DNA of 54,620 nt. Source: a virus. Taxonomy: Duplodnaviria; Caudoviricetes. Each line of letters opens with the position of its first letter. Within the stretch, counting starts at the first letter, position 1. Both the position numbers and the translations under genes were made by a program. The notes below the pieces were generated by a model. It was not told the DNA's origin. It did no database searches and saw only the letters and a list, made by a program, of their open reading frames with translations. Location: positions 1-54,620 of the IMG/VR virus record IMGVR_UViG_3300004369_000597; one strand, written 5' to 3'. Below are positions 24,939 through 35,126 of the stretch, in pieces.

Positions 24939-27679
24939 TATAAAAATCTTTTTAAATCTGCTAATGCTTGTTCTGCATCTTCTCTCATAGCAGAACCGTA
25001 GTCTTTAACATCTCTGTTATTATCTATATCTTGTACGACTCTAAACATGATTTCGTCTCTGTCATCATCCGCATGCATGTCAAGTTCACTAGCCTTTTCA
25101 TTAACTAATTGATCAAGTTCCTCCGTAGTTAATTTTAAAAATTCAGCAAGTGCATCTTCTCCGTCAACATGATAAATTCTATCTGCGTCACCTATCCAAC
25201 TACCTTCAGCATATGGATCAACACTTTCGTTAGCACCTACTAAATCACCCACTTTTGCAGGACCACCTGTTGGGCCTAATTGACCAGCACGTTTTTGATT
25301 AGCATCTAAATCTTCATCAATTTCGTCAATACCAAATTTGTCTTTAACTACTTTTTTAAACTTGGAAGATTTTTTAGCAACTTCATCTGTAAAGAAAGGA
25401 TGCTTTATTAAAGGAGATCCGTCTTTATCTTTGGGGAACAAACCTTTTTTCAACATATTAATTTTAAAGTCTGCTCTAGTTTCTAAATCGTCAGGTGTGT
25501 TTTGTGTAGCATACAATGCTCTTTGCACAGAAGGATGCTCTGATAAGCCGGGAGCAAATTTTTCGATTGCGGCAATCGCACCATCGTAGTCACCACCTTT
25601 ATATTTCTTGTCATTTAAAATACCGTATGCAACTTTAATTTCTTGGTCAGTAAAATCTAAATCTTCTGCTTCATCTAAATTATCAGGATCATCAAACTCA
25701 TGGTTGATAATCTTAGCATTGATTACGCCTGGAAAGTAAGACATACCGTCTTTTGTGTAAATTCTACCAGATGAACTTGGTTTGCGCGGAGCTTCAAATG
25801 ATACTACTTCGACATCATCACCCCTAAAATCTTTTACAGTAGCAGGAAGTTTAATTTCTTCTCCTGTTTTTGCGTCTACTAATTTAGGATTGTATTTTTT
25901 AGGTTCATCTTCCCATTTATCAAAATCTGAAGCCATAAACTCATCTAACTGATCTTCTGCTAATCCCGCACCCCATGGTGCTCCACCAAATGCGCCAAGT
26001 ATTCCTGCTAATGCTCTACCAATTGTAACATGATCTTTATCAGGACCTTTCGTGTCTTTTTTCTTTTGTAGTTTGCTTTTTGCATCTGCATATGCGGCAT
26101 CAGGCGCTGTTGTTGCACCTGAATCAGGAATTTCTCCTGATTTTATAAAATCCATTAACATTTTTGCTTCTTTTCCGAAATTTGTTCGTCTTGCTGGATC
26201 ATTAGTTTTAGCGGCTTCTTTCTTTAACCATTTAATTTTTTCTTTTATGACACGTTGGTAATCGCCGCCGTCTTTAGAAACGTCTGCGAGGAATCTCTGT
26301 ACCTTTTCTTTAATTTCTGCGTTTGATAATAAACCCTCATCCTCATGTAAATCTTTTGGCATTTTTTGTTGTAGTCGTAGCCATGCTTTTTGCACGGCTT
26401 TTTTAACCATTGGATCGTTTGCTGTTTCAGGGTCTAGCAATAAGTCTTGTAATGCTTTTTTTCTGTCTTTGAAATCTTTTGTTATTTTGGCTTTCGTGTG
26501 ATTACCAAGAGGAAAAGGAGGTGCTTTTTCTTCTTCCATCATTTCTTCATCTTCTTCTTCCATAACGTCTTCTTCAGATTCAGCAACTTTGAACTCCATC
26601 TCATCTTCAGATTCAGTTTCAGTAATTTCTTCTTCGTGACCTTGATTTTCATCAGATGGTGCATCTTCTGCGCCTTCTGTAATTTCTTGTGCCCATGCTT
26701 CTAATTCGTTTACTTCATTCATTTCAGCAACAATGTTTTTGTTGAGTTTGTTTAAGATTGGCAATACTGATTCAATTCTAGGATCGATGCTTTCATGTGA
26801 AAACATTTCTGCAATAGATGGATCATGCTCATCTTCCATAAGAGTAGGAGTCCAAGATTCAAAGTAATGATTATATCCACGATGACTTTGCATCTTTTGC
26901 AATGTTTCTTTTAATGACTTGTGATGCTTAACACCTTCACTGACTAATTGTGCTACGGATTCTGTAAACTCGCCGGTTTTAGTGGCACGAATAAATCCTG
27001 CCATCTTTGTATATTCTTCTACTAATTGGGTAATATGTTTGCCACGCTCATCGTACGGTGTACCACCTTCTGCTACATGTCTACCATATACACGTGCAAT
27101 ACCAGGACGTTTGGTTGGTACTAAAAATCTTTCGCCTTCTGTATTTTCTACAAAAATCTTATGAACATTTCTCCAGCGTTGCTCACCTTCTTGCACCTGT
27201 CTGTCATGTTGTATAACAACTTTAACATTAGGTATATTATCACTGTATGAGGTGGTTTTGTTTACGGCATGATAGCCTTCATCCATTCTTTCTTTCATCT
27301 TGTAATAATCCCGTTGACGCATATCATCACCCAACCGATCACTATCTTGTAAATCAAAATCTAATTGCTTAGATAACGTCCATTGCTTTAAATGTTTTAA
27401 TAATCCAGACCATGAATCATCATAATCTAGGCCGGGTGTTTTACCTGGAGGACTACCTGCTTGTTCTTCATCATAGTAAAGTTTGAGTTGAGATGCTTGG
27501 TCAATGGTAGCCCAAGCCTTTCCGTAATCTTGTCCGTCTTTAGTAAATGTGAACTCAAATACGTCTGCTTGTTCAGGGTTTGACCTCTCATTTTTAGAGT
27601 TTTTAGGTACTGGTTTGTATCCTCTTACTTTGAGAAGTTCATAAAGCCTTGAATTAAAAGATTCCTGATCGATTGCCAT
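24938..27679 (-). CDS. Large acidic late protein (913 aa), probable internal head/scaffold polyprotein
   Basis: Downstream of the terminase; TAAATA 5 nt before ATG; many hydrophobic-x-Glu sites separating modules. Confidence 0.7.
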   Translation of the reverse strand: MAIDQESFNSRLYELLKVRGYKPVPKNSKNERSNPEQADVFEFTFTKDGQDYGKAWATIDQASQLKLYYDEEQAGSPPGKTPGLDYDDSWSGLLKHLKQWTLSKQLDFDLQDSDRLGDDMRQRDYYKMKERMDEGYHAVNKTTSYSDNIPNVKVVIQHDRQVQEGEQRWRNVHKIFVENTEGERFLVPTKRPGIARVYGRHVAEGGTPYDERGKHITQLVEEYTKMAGFIRATKTGEFTESVAQLVSEGVKHHKSLKETLQKMQSHRGYNHYFESWTPTLMEDEHDPSIAEMFSHESIDPRIESVLPILNKLNKNIVAEMNEVNELEAWAQEITEGAEDAPSDENQGHEEEITETESEDEMEFKVAESEEDVMEEEDEEMMEEEKAPPFPLGNHTKAKITKDFKDRKKALQDLLLDPETANDPMVKKAVQKAWLRLQQKMPKDLHEDEGLLSNAEIKEKVQRFLADVSKDGGDYQRVIKEKIKWLKKEAAKTNDPARRTNFGKEAKMLMDFIKSGEIPDSGATTAPDAAYADAKSKLQKKKDTKGPDKDHVTIGRALAGILGAFGGAPWGAGLAEDQLDEFMASDFDKWEDEPKKYNPKLVDAKTGEEIKLPATVKDFRGDDVEVVSFEAPRKPSSSGRIYTKDGMSYFPGVINAKIINHEFDDPDNLDEAEDLDFTDQEIKVAYGILNDKKYKGGDYDGAIAAIEKFAPGLSEHPSVQRALYATQNTPDDLETRADFKINMLKKGLFPKDKDGSPLIKHPFFTDEVAKKSSKFKKVVKDKFGIDEIDEDLDANQKRAGQLGPTGGPAKVGDLVGANESVDPYAEGSWIGDADRIYHVDGEDALAEFLKLTTEELDQLVNEKASELDMHADDDRDEIMFRVVQDIDNNRDVKDYGSAMREDAEQALADLKRFL

Positions 27680-27696
27680 ACTATTATTTATCTCTT

Positions 27697-29253
27697 TTAG
27701 TTAATCACAGCAAAGAACGGTAAAGGGGGAACCATTTCATCATGGTCTCTAATTTGTTCTCCCAAATCACTATGATAGTCAGCAATATCTTGTAGTATGC
27801 GTACAACAAGTAAACTAGCCATTACTAAGTCGTCTGTGCTACCTAATTTAGCGGCATAACTGCCTCCGGATGCTACAAATGTTTTAAGTTCGCTAACTAA
27901 AGGCTTACTGTGTACTCGTAGTTTTTCGCTTTCTATCAGTGTTTTAAATTTTGCACATGCAGAAAGTTTAACTTTTTGCGTTGTTGTATACCCTCTGCGT
28001 TTTTTACCCCTTTCACTAATAAAGATACCGGGTATGTTTGATTCGCCAAACTCATTAAGTGATATCAATGCGGCTTCTCCTATTGAATTATTTTCAATAG
28101 AGTAGTATATGTTGTTAGGTTGACCCGTACACTCTACAATATATTCGTTTATCTGTTTTAATAACTTAATCTGATTTGGAATGTCTGTCTTATTGCTTGT
28201 CCATTCACCTATTTGTGTTGTTGTGTTTGCTTCAAATACTTGTACAGCACATGGATCACTACCCGTGCCCAAAGAAGGGTCGAGTGCAACTACATATACG
28301 TAGTCTTTTTTGGGCTTTTGAAACCATCGTATTTGTCCCATCTTTGTTATAGGTTCAATTCCTTCTAATTTAAAAAGAGTGTTAGGATTAATTAATGTTT
28401 CGTCTGCAATAATAAATTCACAACCAATTTCTCGGTTAAATCTGTCTTCTCCTAACTGTGCTTTTATCTGTTCAGCCCATAGATCATCTCTTCCGGGCTG
28501 TTCATGCCAATATGAACGATATGCTCTAAAGCCATTAACACCTACTTCTTGCTCGTTGCCGGATGAATCAAATGTTTTGTTTGCTTGTTTCCAAATTAGT
28601 GCAAACTGATCTTCATCTGAGTTTGGTGTTGATGTAATGATTGCTTTACCACCTGTTGCTAGTGTGGGTGTAATCGCAGTCCAAAACTCTTCCGCAATTG
28701 TAGGTCGCACAAACGCAAACTCGTCTAAGTATAAAAGTGTAATAGACATACCACGACCAGTGTTTTCAGTTGTTGTTTGTGATACAATACGTGAGCCGTT
28801 TTCAAAGTCTAACGATCCTTTATTATATGTAACAACACCTGCTTTAATATGCGTAGGACAGTTTTCATATGCATATCTGATACGTTGCATGATTTCTTGT
28901 GCGCCGGCATATTTGTGTGCGGCGATAAGAATAGTAGAATCAGGAATAAACATAGCATACCACAACAAATAACCCGCGGCACTTGTTGTTTTGCCTGACT
29001 GTCTAGGCATTAATGCGATTGAATATCTATAATTATGATATGTACTAATTAAACGTTCTTGGTATTCGTATGGGTGATATTGTATTGAACCCTGTGTTGG
29101 GTGCTGAATATAAAAGAAATTATCCATGAAGTATCTGTAGCCAGTGTCAGGCTTGCAACACTCAATGAAATCTTGCAAATCTTTGTCTGTTTTAAAAACC
29201 GTTTTTTTATACGGTGTTTTAACTAACTTATCAACCACTGTAGTTCTACTCAT
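27697..29253 (-). CDS. terL: Terminase large subunit (T4 gp17-like)
   Basis: YQ motif, PRQSGKT, LYLDEFAF, STPN, nuclease ALDPS and DDLVMA. Confidence 0.96.
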   Translation of the reverse strand: MSRTTVVDKLVKTPYKKTVFKTDKDLQDFIECCKPDTGYRYFMDNFFYIQHPTQGSIQYHPYEYQERLISTYHNYRYSIALMPRQSGKTTSAAGYLLWYAMFIPDSTILIAAHKYAGAQEIMQRIRYAYENCPTHIKAGVVTYNKGSLDFENGSRIVSQTTTENTGRGMSITLLYLDEFAFVRPTIAEEFWTAITPTLATGGKAIITSTPNSDEDQFALIWKQANKTFDSSGNEQEVGVNGFRAYRSYWHEQPGRDDLWAEQIKAQLGEDRFNREIGCEFIIADETLINPNTLFKLEGIEPITKMGQIRWFQKPKKDYVYVVALDPSLGTGSDPCAVQVFEANTTTQIGEWTSNKTDIPNQIKLLKQINEYIVECTGQPNNIYYSIENNSIGEAALISLNEFGESNIPGIFISERGKKRRGYTTTQKVKLSACAKFKTLIESEKLRVHSKPLVSELKTFVASGGSYAAKLGSTDDLVMASLLVVRILQDIADYHSDLGEQIRDHDEMVPPLPFFAVIN

Positions 29254-29453
29254 TCTGTCCTTTGTGCTTTATAGTCTTTATAGTCTAACAAAAAACCAAT
29301 AGCAACTATAATATTCATACCGCATGATGCTAGAATTATGTGAATATCTTGGTATATATCTAATTTAAGACTTAGATGTAAGTGTCCTACTGCCCAAAAA
29401 GGCACGGCTAAGTTTTGACTAACCCAACTTAATGTGTATCGAATAAACATCAT
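29250..29453 (-). CDS. Small membrane protein (67 aa); start moved from 29489 to ATG 29453
   Basis: TAAATA 5 nt before ATG 29453; hydrophobic segments; ATGA overlap with the terminase. Confidence 0.7.
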   Translation of the reverse strand: MMFIRYTLSWVSQNLAVPFWAVGHLHLSLKLDIYQDIHIILASCGMNIIVAIGFLLDYKDYKAQRTE

Positions 29454-29461
29454 ATAAGTAT

Positions 29462-30187
29462 TTATCCTAATCCTAATAACTCTCTCCAAAGTTGATGTAT
29501 AGAATTTCCCATATGGTATGGTAATTCAATACCAAGATATCCTTCTACTATACTAGAAAAATACTCAAATCCTGATTCTTCAAAGAAAAGAGCCGTGTCA
29601 AGTATAATTCGATTACCGGGTTGAACGTTGAATAAAGCGGCTTTTTCGGGACTAGGTTTGTTGAACGTTACCTCTTTATGACATTTCCAAATAGCAATAT
29701 CGTCTTTGATGTCGGCACTAGGATAAATCCAATCACTTTCTTTTTCAAATACATCTTTTTTGGATTTTATTCTTTCTAATGCAGGGCCAAATTTTGGCCA
29801 AGACATAAACATCCAAACTGGGTTTATTAGTTCTTTAATTTTTTCTCCGTCCTGATACAACTCTATCCAATTGTTCATGTGTCCTTGAACAATACTTATA
29901 TAACCATCACTTTGTTGTTTTACAATTTGACTACGCAAATCATTATCTAATACTCTCCCTGAATTAGCAAAGTTTTCTGGTTCGTTAAAATGTGCTATTC
30001 TATGGGACATAGGAGTGTCAATATCTTGTTCCCGATTTAAACGTTGGTATTCTGATTTAAGTTCTTTTGGTGATAAAAAAGAAGGCTCTATCTTTTCAGA
30101 TAAAGATAACAAATTTATAAGATGGTTGCCGCCTGCATATGCAGGGTATACTAGAAATATATTACTAACATTATTAAAAACAGGCAC
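29462..30187 (-). CDS. Hypothetical protein, possibly sulfotransferase/P-loop-like
   Basis: N-terminal FLVYPAYAGGNHL strand-loop-helix resembles a PAPS-binding loop (weak). Confidence 0.55.
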   Translation of the reverse strand: MPVFNNVSNIFLVYPAYAGGNHLINLLSLSEKIEPSFLSPKELKSEYQRLNREQDIDTPMSHRIAHFNEPENFANSGRVLDNDLRSQIVKQQSDGYISIVQGHMNNWIELYQDGEKIKELINPVWMFMSWPKFGPALERIKSKKDVFEKESDWIYPSADIKDDIAIWKCHKEVTFNKPSPEKAALFNVQPGNRIILDTALFFEESGFEYFSSIVEGYLGIELPYHMGNSIHQLWRELLGLG

Positions 30188-30188
30188 T

Positions 30189-30896
30189 TCACTTGATATC
30201 TAATGGTTGAGTTTTAGTTGCAACTATGCAGTAATAATGTTCTTTAACTACATTGGGTTTTTCAGGATCTTTGGGATCAGGAACGTTTAAATCAAATTCC
30301 ATATTGTTAAATTGATCGATCTTAAAACCTGTTCTGATCAACAATGCGGCTAATTGATCAGCGCCCATAATACTATAATGATTTAAATTAAATTCGTGTT
30401 TTCTATCACATCCTGGAGCAGGTACTTCAATATAAATTTTACTTCCTTGCTTGAGTACACGATTATATTCCATTAAACTAAAGATAGGATAAGGTGAGTG
30501 TTCTAATGCGTGGCGCAAAAAGATAAAGTCTACACTTTCGTCATAGTAACCTTCAATTTGTGGTAAAAATGACAAGTCATATCCTGCGGTAGTGTGTCCT
30601 TTATCTTTACAAATTTTAATATCACCGGGACTTAATGTAACACCCAAAACATCTGTATATTCCCGTGCTTTCATTTCATCTAAGAAATATCCAGGGCCAC
30701 AACCTAAATCTAAGATTTTTGCATCTTTGGGCAGATTCATAGGATCGATGTATGTTTCAACTACTTGTGCAGTAAGATTTTTATGGAACTGACTGTCCCC
30801 TTCATCGTAAATATGTGCTGTATACAACCATTCGTTGTAAAATTTAAGTTTGACTAAATCAAGTGTTTTGTTAATGTCGTAAGGGATTTCCATCAA
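30189..30896 (-). CDS. Class I SAM-dependent methyltransferase
   Basis: ILDLGCGPG, VDFIF.RHALEH, RVLK.G..IYIEVP. Confidence 0.92.
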   Translation of the reverse strand: MMEIPYDINKTLDLVKLKFYNEWLYTAHIYDEGDSQFHKNLTAQVVETYIDPMNLPKDAKILDLGCGPGYFLDEMKAREYTDVLGVTLSPGDIKICKDKGHTTAGYDLSFLPQIEGYYDESVDFIFLRHALEHSPYPIFSLMEYNRVLKQGSKIYIEVPAPGCDRKHEFNLNHYSIMGADQLAALLIRTGFKIDQFNNMEFDLNVPDPKDPEKPNVVKEHYYCIVATKTQPLDIK

Positions 30897-30945
30897 TCGC
30901 TCCTAATGCGTCTTAGTTTAAGATATTTAGTAGTGTAGACGGTGG

Positions 30946-32376
30946 TTATAATTTATTTTTTGCCCAGTGATGTATGCATGTCCCGATATAAGACAAACCA
31001 GCACGGTTAAAATGCGAGTGGTCAGTATGATGGCTAATCGGTATTTTTACTATTTCTACATTAGACTTTTTGGCATAACCCAACCATAGGTTGTAAACTT
31101 CTTCATCATACTTGCCTATTTCACTAGTAATAATTTTTTCAGGAAAAATTAACAAAAACTGCTTATCTAACTGATTGATGAATACCTCTATTTTTTCACG
31201 GTACAGATCGATATTAAGATCGTGCATGGGGTCTTCAATATTAGCAATATAAGAATTTAATTCATTCATTATACTTATTGCAATTAATTTAGCAAAGGTT
31301 GTGTTTTCTCCCCAATTATAGTACCAATTGACGATAGCATTACCAAAATTCCTTACCTCTATAATATGATTAGATTCACAAGTCGCCCATATAGGTAAAC
31401 CCAAACAGCCGGCAATCAATGTTATTTTAGGATTGTTACTTGTAAAACATAATTCTTCCCCGTGTATTACACTTTGTGCTGAAGCATAGTCTACAAACTC
31501 TATATGTGATATATCTTTTTTTGGAAGTCGTATGTTAAAATTATACGGTAGATTGTCTGTGATATAGTTAGAGCAATATTGTTCAATACCCATATCAAGT
31601 ATCCGACAAGAAAATACAAAATCTGATATGCATGTAAAGGGTGCTACGCCATTTGCATCCGGGGCTTGCTCATCGGCAGCAAAATAACCAACTAAACCAT
31701 AATATCCGTATTTGTCCCAAACAAAAACTGCATAGTTTTGTTTATTTTGAAAATTACTATAAGGCATATTAGTGCTTGACAAATCTTCAAATCTAGTTTT
31801 ACTAAAATTAAGTTGGTTACTGCGATTTACTAATTCAAAAATTCTATCATAAAATAACATGCAATTATTAAAATTAGTAATGCAAATTTTTATATCGCTA
31901 TCTTTTAAAAAGTCTATGTTGCTTTTATCAAATGATTTTGCTTCTAATATTCTGTACTGTTCTGTCCTAGAACTACCAGTAGGCATGTCAAACGTGTCCA
32001 TAAAAGAAGTGTCGATTGATACATTAATATCAGGACAAAAATACTTGACTTCGTTGAGATTAATTTCATTATCATCTACAAATAAGACATTAGATTCTCG
32101 TAGTTGAAAACTTTCTATAACTCTTTTTACTGCAGGACCTTTAGGAAAATAATCGATAGTAGGAAATACAAACAAATCCCACACACCTAATTCTTCTAGT
32201 GTTTGTTTTGCTTGAACAAAATTATTTTTACTACAGATAGAATGTGCGACACCCACACTTTCAGATTGTTTGATGAACTCTAACGCTTTGTTGTTGATTG
32301 TGCCGGTTTGGTTATCTTCGCTTAGGCTTTTTTCCCAAAGAACACCGTCTAAATCCCATACAATTAATTTTATCAT
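30946..32376 (-). CDS. FkbH-like HAD-IIIC protein (phosphatase/glyceryl transferase) with GNAT-like region
   Basis: WDLDGVLW, CSKN, FVDDN, RSNQLN, DKYG.YGLVG and SCRIL..GIE motifs. Confidence 0.9.
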   Translation of the reverse strand: MIKLIVWDLDGVLWEKSLSEDNQTGTINNKALEFIKQSESVGVAHSICSKNNFVQAKQTLEELGVWDLFVFPTIDYFPKGPAVKRVIESFQLRESNVLFVDDNEINLNEVKYFCPDINVSIDTSFMDTFDMPTGSSRTEQYRILEAKSFDKSNIDFLKDSDIKICITNFNNCMLFYDRIFELVNRSNQLNFSKTRFEDLSSTNMPYSNFQNKQNYAVFVWDKYGYYGLVGYFAADEQAPDANGVAPFTCISDFVFSCRILDMGIEQYCSNYITDNLPYNFNIRLPKKDISHIEFVDYASAQSVIHGEELCFTSNNPKITLIAGCLGLPIWATCESNHIIEVRNFGNAIVNWYYNWGENTTFAKLIAISIMNELNSYIANIEDPMHDLNIDLYREKIEVFINQLDKQFLLIFPEKIITSEIGKYDEEVYNLWLGYAKKSNVEIVKIPISHHTDHSHFNRAGLSYIGTCIHHWAKNKL

Positions 32377-32480
32377 TGAGCATTACGTAATTTCTTGCCG
32401 CTAACACTGTCGAGTGCTAGTGCTTCTGTTATGTTACGTAAATACCAGGGTTTTACATCTGCTGGTGTTGGTTCTGCCAT
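32373..32480 (-). pseudogene. 35-codon ORF MAEPTPADVKPWYLRNITEALALDSVSGKKLRNAQ, possibly a truncated structural-gene start
   Basis: Fills the gap between the lectin-domain gene and the FkbH gene; ATGA-coupled to the FkbH gene. Confidence 0.45.
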
Positions 32481-32483
32481 TTA

Positions 32484-33686
32484 TTATACCCACTCATTTG
32501 TTAATAGATTTTCTACGTTCTGAATTTCTATTGAAGTTAGATCATCACCTAAGAAAATAAAAAATGCTCCTGCTTCCATTTCACAGAAATTGCTTCCCCC
32601 ATATTTACAACCTAAAGTTATTGTATTATTGACCGATGATGTAGTTGTTGGTACAGTTCCAGTAAACGTTAATGGTATGTCTGCACTGTCAATACGCAGT
32701 CTTAATTTTGTAGCGTTTGTTGCTTGAGTACCGTCATATATCATTGTAAATACATGCCAGTTTGCATCACGTGTTATACCTGTTGTAGCCGACGCTGTAC
32801 CAAAATTAACATTATAATCTCCACCAGCAGTTGCTAATTCTAATTCTGTGTTTGTGGAAGGTTCAGAACCAAATATAGTTCCAGTATCTTCTAATATTCT
32901 ACCTGCCATAAACACTGTAACTTTATTTTGACTTACTAAGTTGGGGACAGGATTAATTGTCATGCACGAACTAGTTCCATTGAAATAAACAAATCCGTAA
33001 CCATTCTTAGTAGTAGGTATAGTTCTATAACTTGTTTTTTGTGAGCCGGTAGAATTTAAGTTATGAGAAAAAGCTGATTGGTCTGTCCATTGTGTTATTT
33101 GAGAACCTTCAGATGCACCGGGAACGATAGAATTTATAATATCGCCCTGAAACTGTCCTTCTAATTTAGTTAATGTTTCACCACTAACCGCATCATCAAT
33201 GCCGGTTGGATTAGGGTTAACCGATACTGCTATCCAAGGTCTGCCTAATAATAATCCACTTGGATTAGGATTGTCAACTATTGTGTTGCCTGAATACTGT
33301 GTAGGTAATGAAGTAATATCGTATGTGTTTTTTACTCTGTAACAAGGTAAATTAGTATCCCCGCTAGGACCGCCTTGTCTTTTCAATTGAGCAATGTCTA
33401 ATCTTTGTACTTGTAAATATTCTTTAGTTTGTGCTTGTTGTAGGGGTTTAAAGAAAAACACATCATTGTTTTCGTCAAAATTTAAAGAGGCTAATGTCGT
33501 AGTTGGTGTGTCAACTGAATTGTTGTCCGGATCACGTTCCAAAGACATTACTTCATAATAACTAGAAGTTAAGCCTTCAGCAGTTGAGGCCGCTGTTGCT
33601 ACTTGAGCAATAGTGTTAGCAGTGTCTAATGATAATACGTTAATTAAACCTGTTAAGCCTTTAACTGGGACGTTGATTGTTGCCAT
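32484..33686 (-). CDS. Putative virion protein with a C-terminal concanavalin A/LamG-like domain
   Basis: Thr/Ser/Asn-rich; W.DQS...FNG...WHVFT..YDG...LRID...IQNVE..L...W pattern. Confidence 0.72.
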   Translation of the reverse strand: MATINVPVKGLTGLINVLSLDTANTIAQVATAASTAEGLTSSYYEVMSLERDPDNNSVDTPTTTLASLNFDENNDVFFFKPLQQAQTKEYLQVQRLDIAQLKRQGGPSGDTNLPCYRVKNTYDITSLPTQYSGNTIVDNPNPSGLLLGRPWIAVSVNPNPTGIDDAVSGETLTKLEGQFQGDIINSIVPGASEGSQITQWTDQSAFSHNLNSTGSQKTSYRTIPTTKNGYGFVYFNGTSSCMTINPVPNLVSQNKVTVFMAGRILEDTGTIFGSEPSTNTELELATAGGDYNVNFGTASATTGITRDANWHVFTMIYDGTQATNATKLRLRIDSADIPLTFTGTVPTTTSSVNNTITLGCKYGGSNFCEMEAGAFFIFLGDDLTSIEIQNVENLLTNEWV

Positions 33687-33689
33687 ACA

Positions 33690-34073
33690 TTACCTCTTAT
33701 AACCCTTAAAAGGTTTTACTGGACTTTCTTTATTGATGGATGGTAGTTCTATTGATGCTAAGTCACTGTCGTTTATGTCTTCCCATTCAGATCCAACTGC
33801 TTTATAAGCGGCTTTAAGCATGTTTGCTTCTTCTTCGGTATATGGAAAAGCCACATTGCTTGTGCCAACCCAACTTTCAGAATCTAATTCTAATTGTTCA
33901 GTTGCACTTTCTCCGCTAGCAGATGCAATAGCCATCATTACACGATTTAATTCATATACTCTATCTCTACCTTCTACATCTTGGAATTTGTGTAAACCGC
34001 GTGTACTATAACGATATCTTTTGGATATATAACCTTTACTATTATCTTCTGTTAAAAATTCTTTTGCTCTCAT
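33690..34073 (-). CDS. Hypothetical, probable internal head protein (MRAKEFLTE leader)
   Basis: TAATG-coupled to the upstream structural gene; leader ends in an LTE site. Confidence 0.7.
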   Translation of the reverse strand: MRAKEFLTEDNSKGYISKRYRYSTRGLHKFQDVEGRDRVYELNRVMMAIASASGESATEQLELDSESWVGTSNVAFPYTEEEANMLKAAYKAVGSEWEDINDSDLASIELPSINKESPVKPFKGYKR

Positions 34074-34630
34074 TATGGGGTTTCTTCTGTTGTAATTTGT
34101 ACATTATTTTCTGTGGACATAACAGAGTCTACATAACCATCTAATGCAATAGGCAAGCCTTCAGGACCGGTGCCTTGGAACGCAACAGAATAATTTATAA
34201 AGTGATAAATTGATTGACTAGACACTACTGATGTATTAGGTGACACCAAAATTCTGACGTTGCCATTATAAATATCCATGTCATAATCGCTTACCACAGG
34301 ATCTCCCCAATAAGTAGTACCGTAAGCATTAAACTTGACCGCTGTACTGTTTGCACTCAGTTGTGCATCTATTTTAATATCCTGTTGATTAATAGTCCCT
34401 GGATCATTTGACTTGATAAAAAACTGACCTAATGAAAAGGCATTTGCCGGAGTTTCAAAAATAACCTGCCCGGCTGTATTTCCTATAGTATACGTATCAG
34501 TAGTAAACCATCCGGTACTGTATAGATTAGAAAAGTTATTATTAATCTTCTCAAAAGCAACTCGTAACGGATCTCCCGACCCGTCGTTTGGTAGAGTGCC
34601 TATATTAATAATTTCTGGTTGATTAGACAT
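34073..34630 (-). CDS. Virion protein with a T4 gp9/gp10-like N-terminus
   Basis: INIGTLPNDGSGDPLRVAFEKIN.NF motif; late promoter at 34654-34659. Confidence 0.82.
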   Translation of the reverse strand: MSNQPEIINIGTLPNDGSGDPLRVAFEKINNNFSNLYSTGWFTTDTYTIGNTAGQVIFETPANAFSLGQFFIKSNDPGTINQQDIKIDAQLSANSTAVKFNAYGTTYWGDPVVSDYDMDIYNGNVRILVSPNTSVVSSQSIYHFINYSVAFQGTGPEGLPIALDGYVDSVMSTENNVQITTEETP

Positions 34631-34635
34631 AAAGT

Positions 34636-34671
34636 TTTCCCAATATTATATAGTATTTATCGTTTGGGAAA
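34636..34671 (-). promoter_or_regulatory. Late promoter TAAATA within an 8-bp inverted repeat that covers the RBS
   Basis: tttcccaa (34636-34643) and ttgggaaa (34664-34671) flank tattta (34654-34659). Confidence 0.65.
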
Positions 34672-34683
34672 GACTATGAGGTA

Positions 34684-35109
34684 TTAATTGTTTTTTTGGG
34701 GAGTAGCCTTCATATTTTCTCTTGCTATACCGGTCATCTTTTCAAAACTTCTCATACCACCTAGACCTAACAGTGACAATGTAAGTGTCATCAAACCTTC
34801 TGTTTGTATGACTGGTAGTGTAACATCTGCTCCACTTACTACAACTGCCCAATTGGCAATTGGTGCTAAAACATAGGACCATGCCAATCCAAACGCACAA
34901 ATCCACATAATAGCGGGTCTAGCGCCTGCAACAAAGAGTGAAGGATGTTTTGCTTGTTCTAGGTTAATTTGATTTTGCTGAAGATTTGCATTGTGTAGAA
35001 CCATTTTAAGTTCGTGCTCCAATGCCGCTTTTTTATCTTTATCTTCTACAAACTTATCTAATATAGGACCTGCTAGTCCAAGAACGGATCCAACTATATC
35101 TCCTATCAT
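34684..35109 (-). CDS. 3TM holin family protein (DUF3154-like)
   Basis: N..QA.H.SLFVAGARPAIMWIC...LLGLGGMRSFEK motif; AAGGAG RBS; TAAATA at 35141-35146. Confidence 0.88.
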   Translation of the reverse strand: MIGDIVGSVLGLAGPILDKFVEDKDKKAALEHELKMVLHNANLQQNQINLEQAKHPSLFVAGARPAIMWICAFGLAWSYVLAPIANWAVVVSGADVTLPVIQTEGLMTLTLSLLGLGGMRSFEKMTGIARENMKATPQKNN

Positions 35110-35126
35110 GTAGTGCTCCTTTAAAT

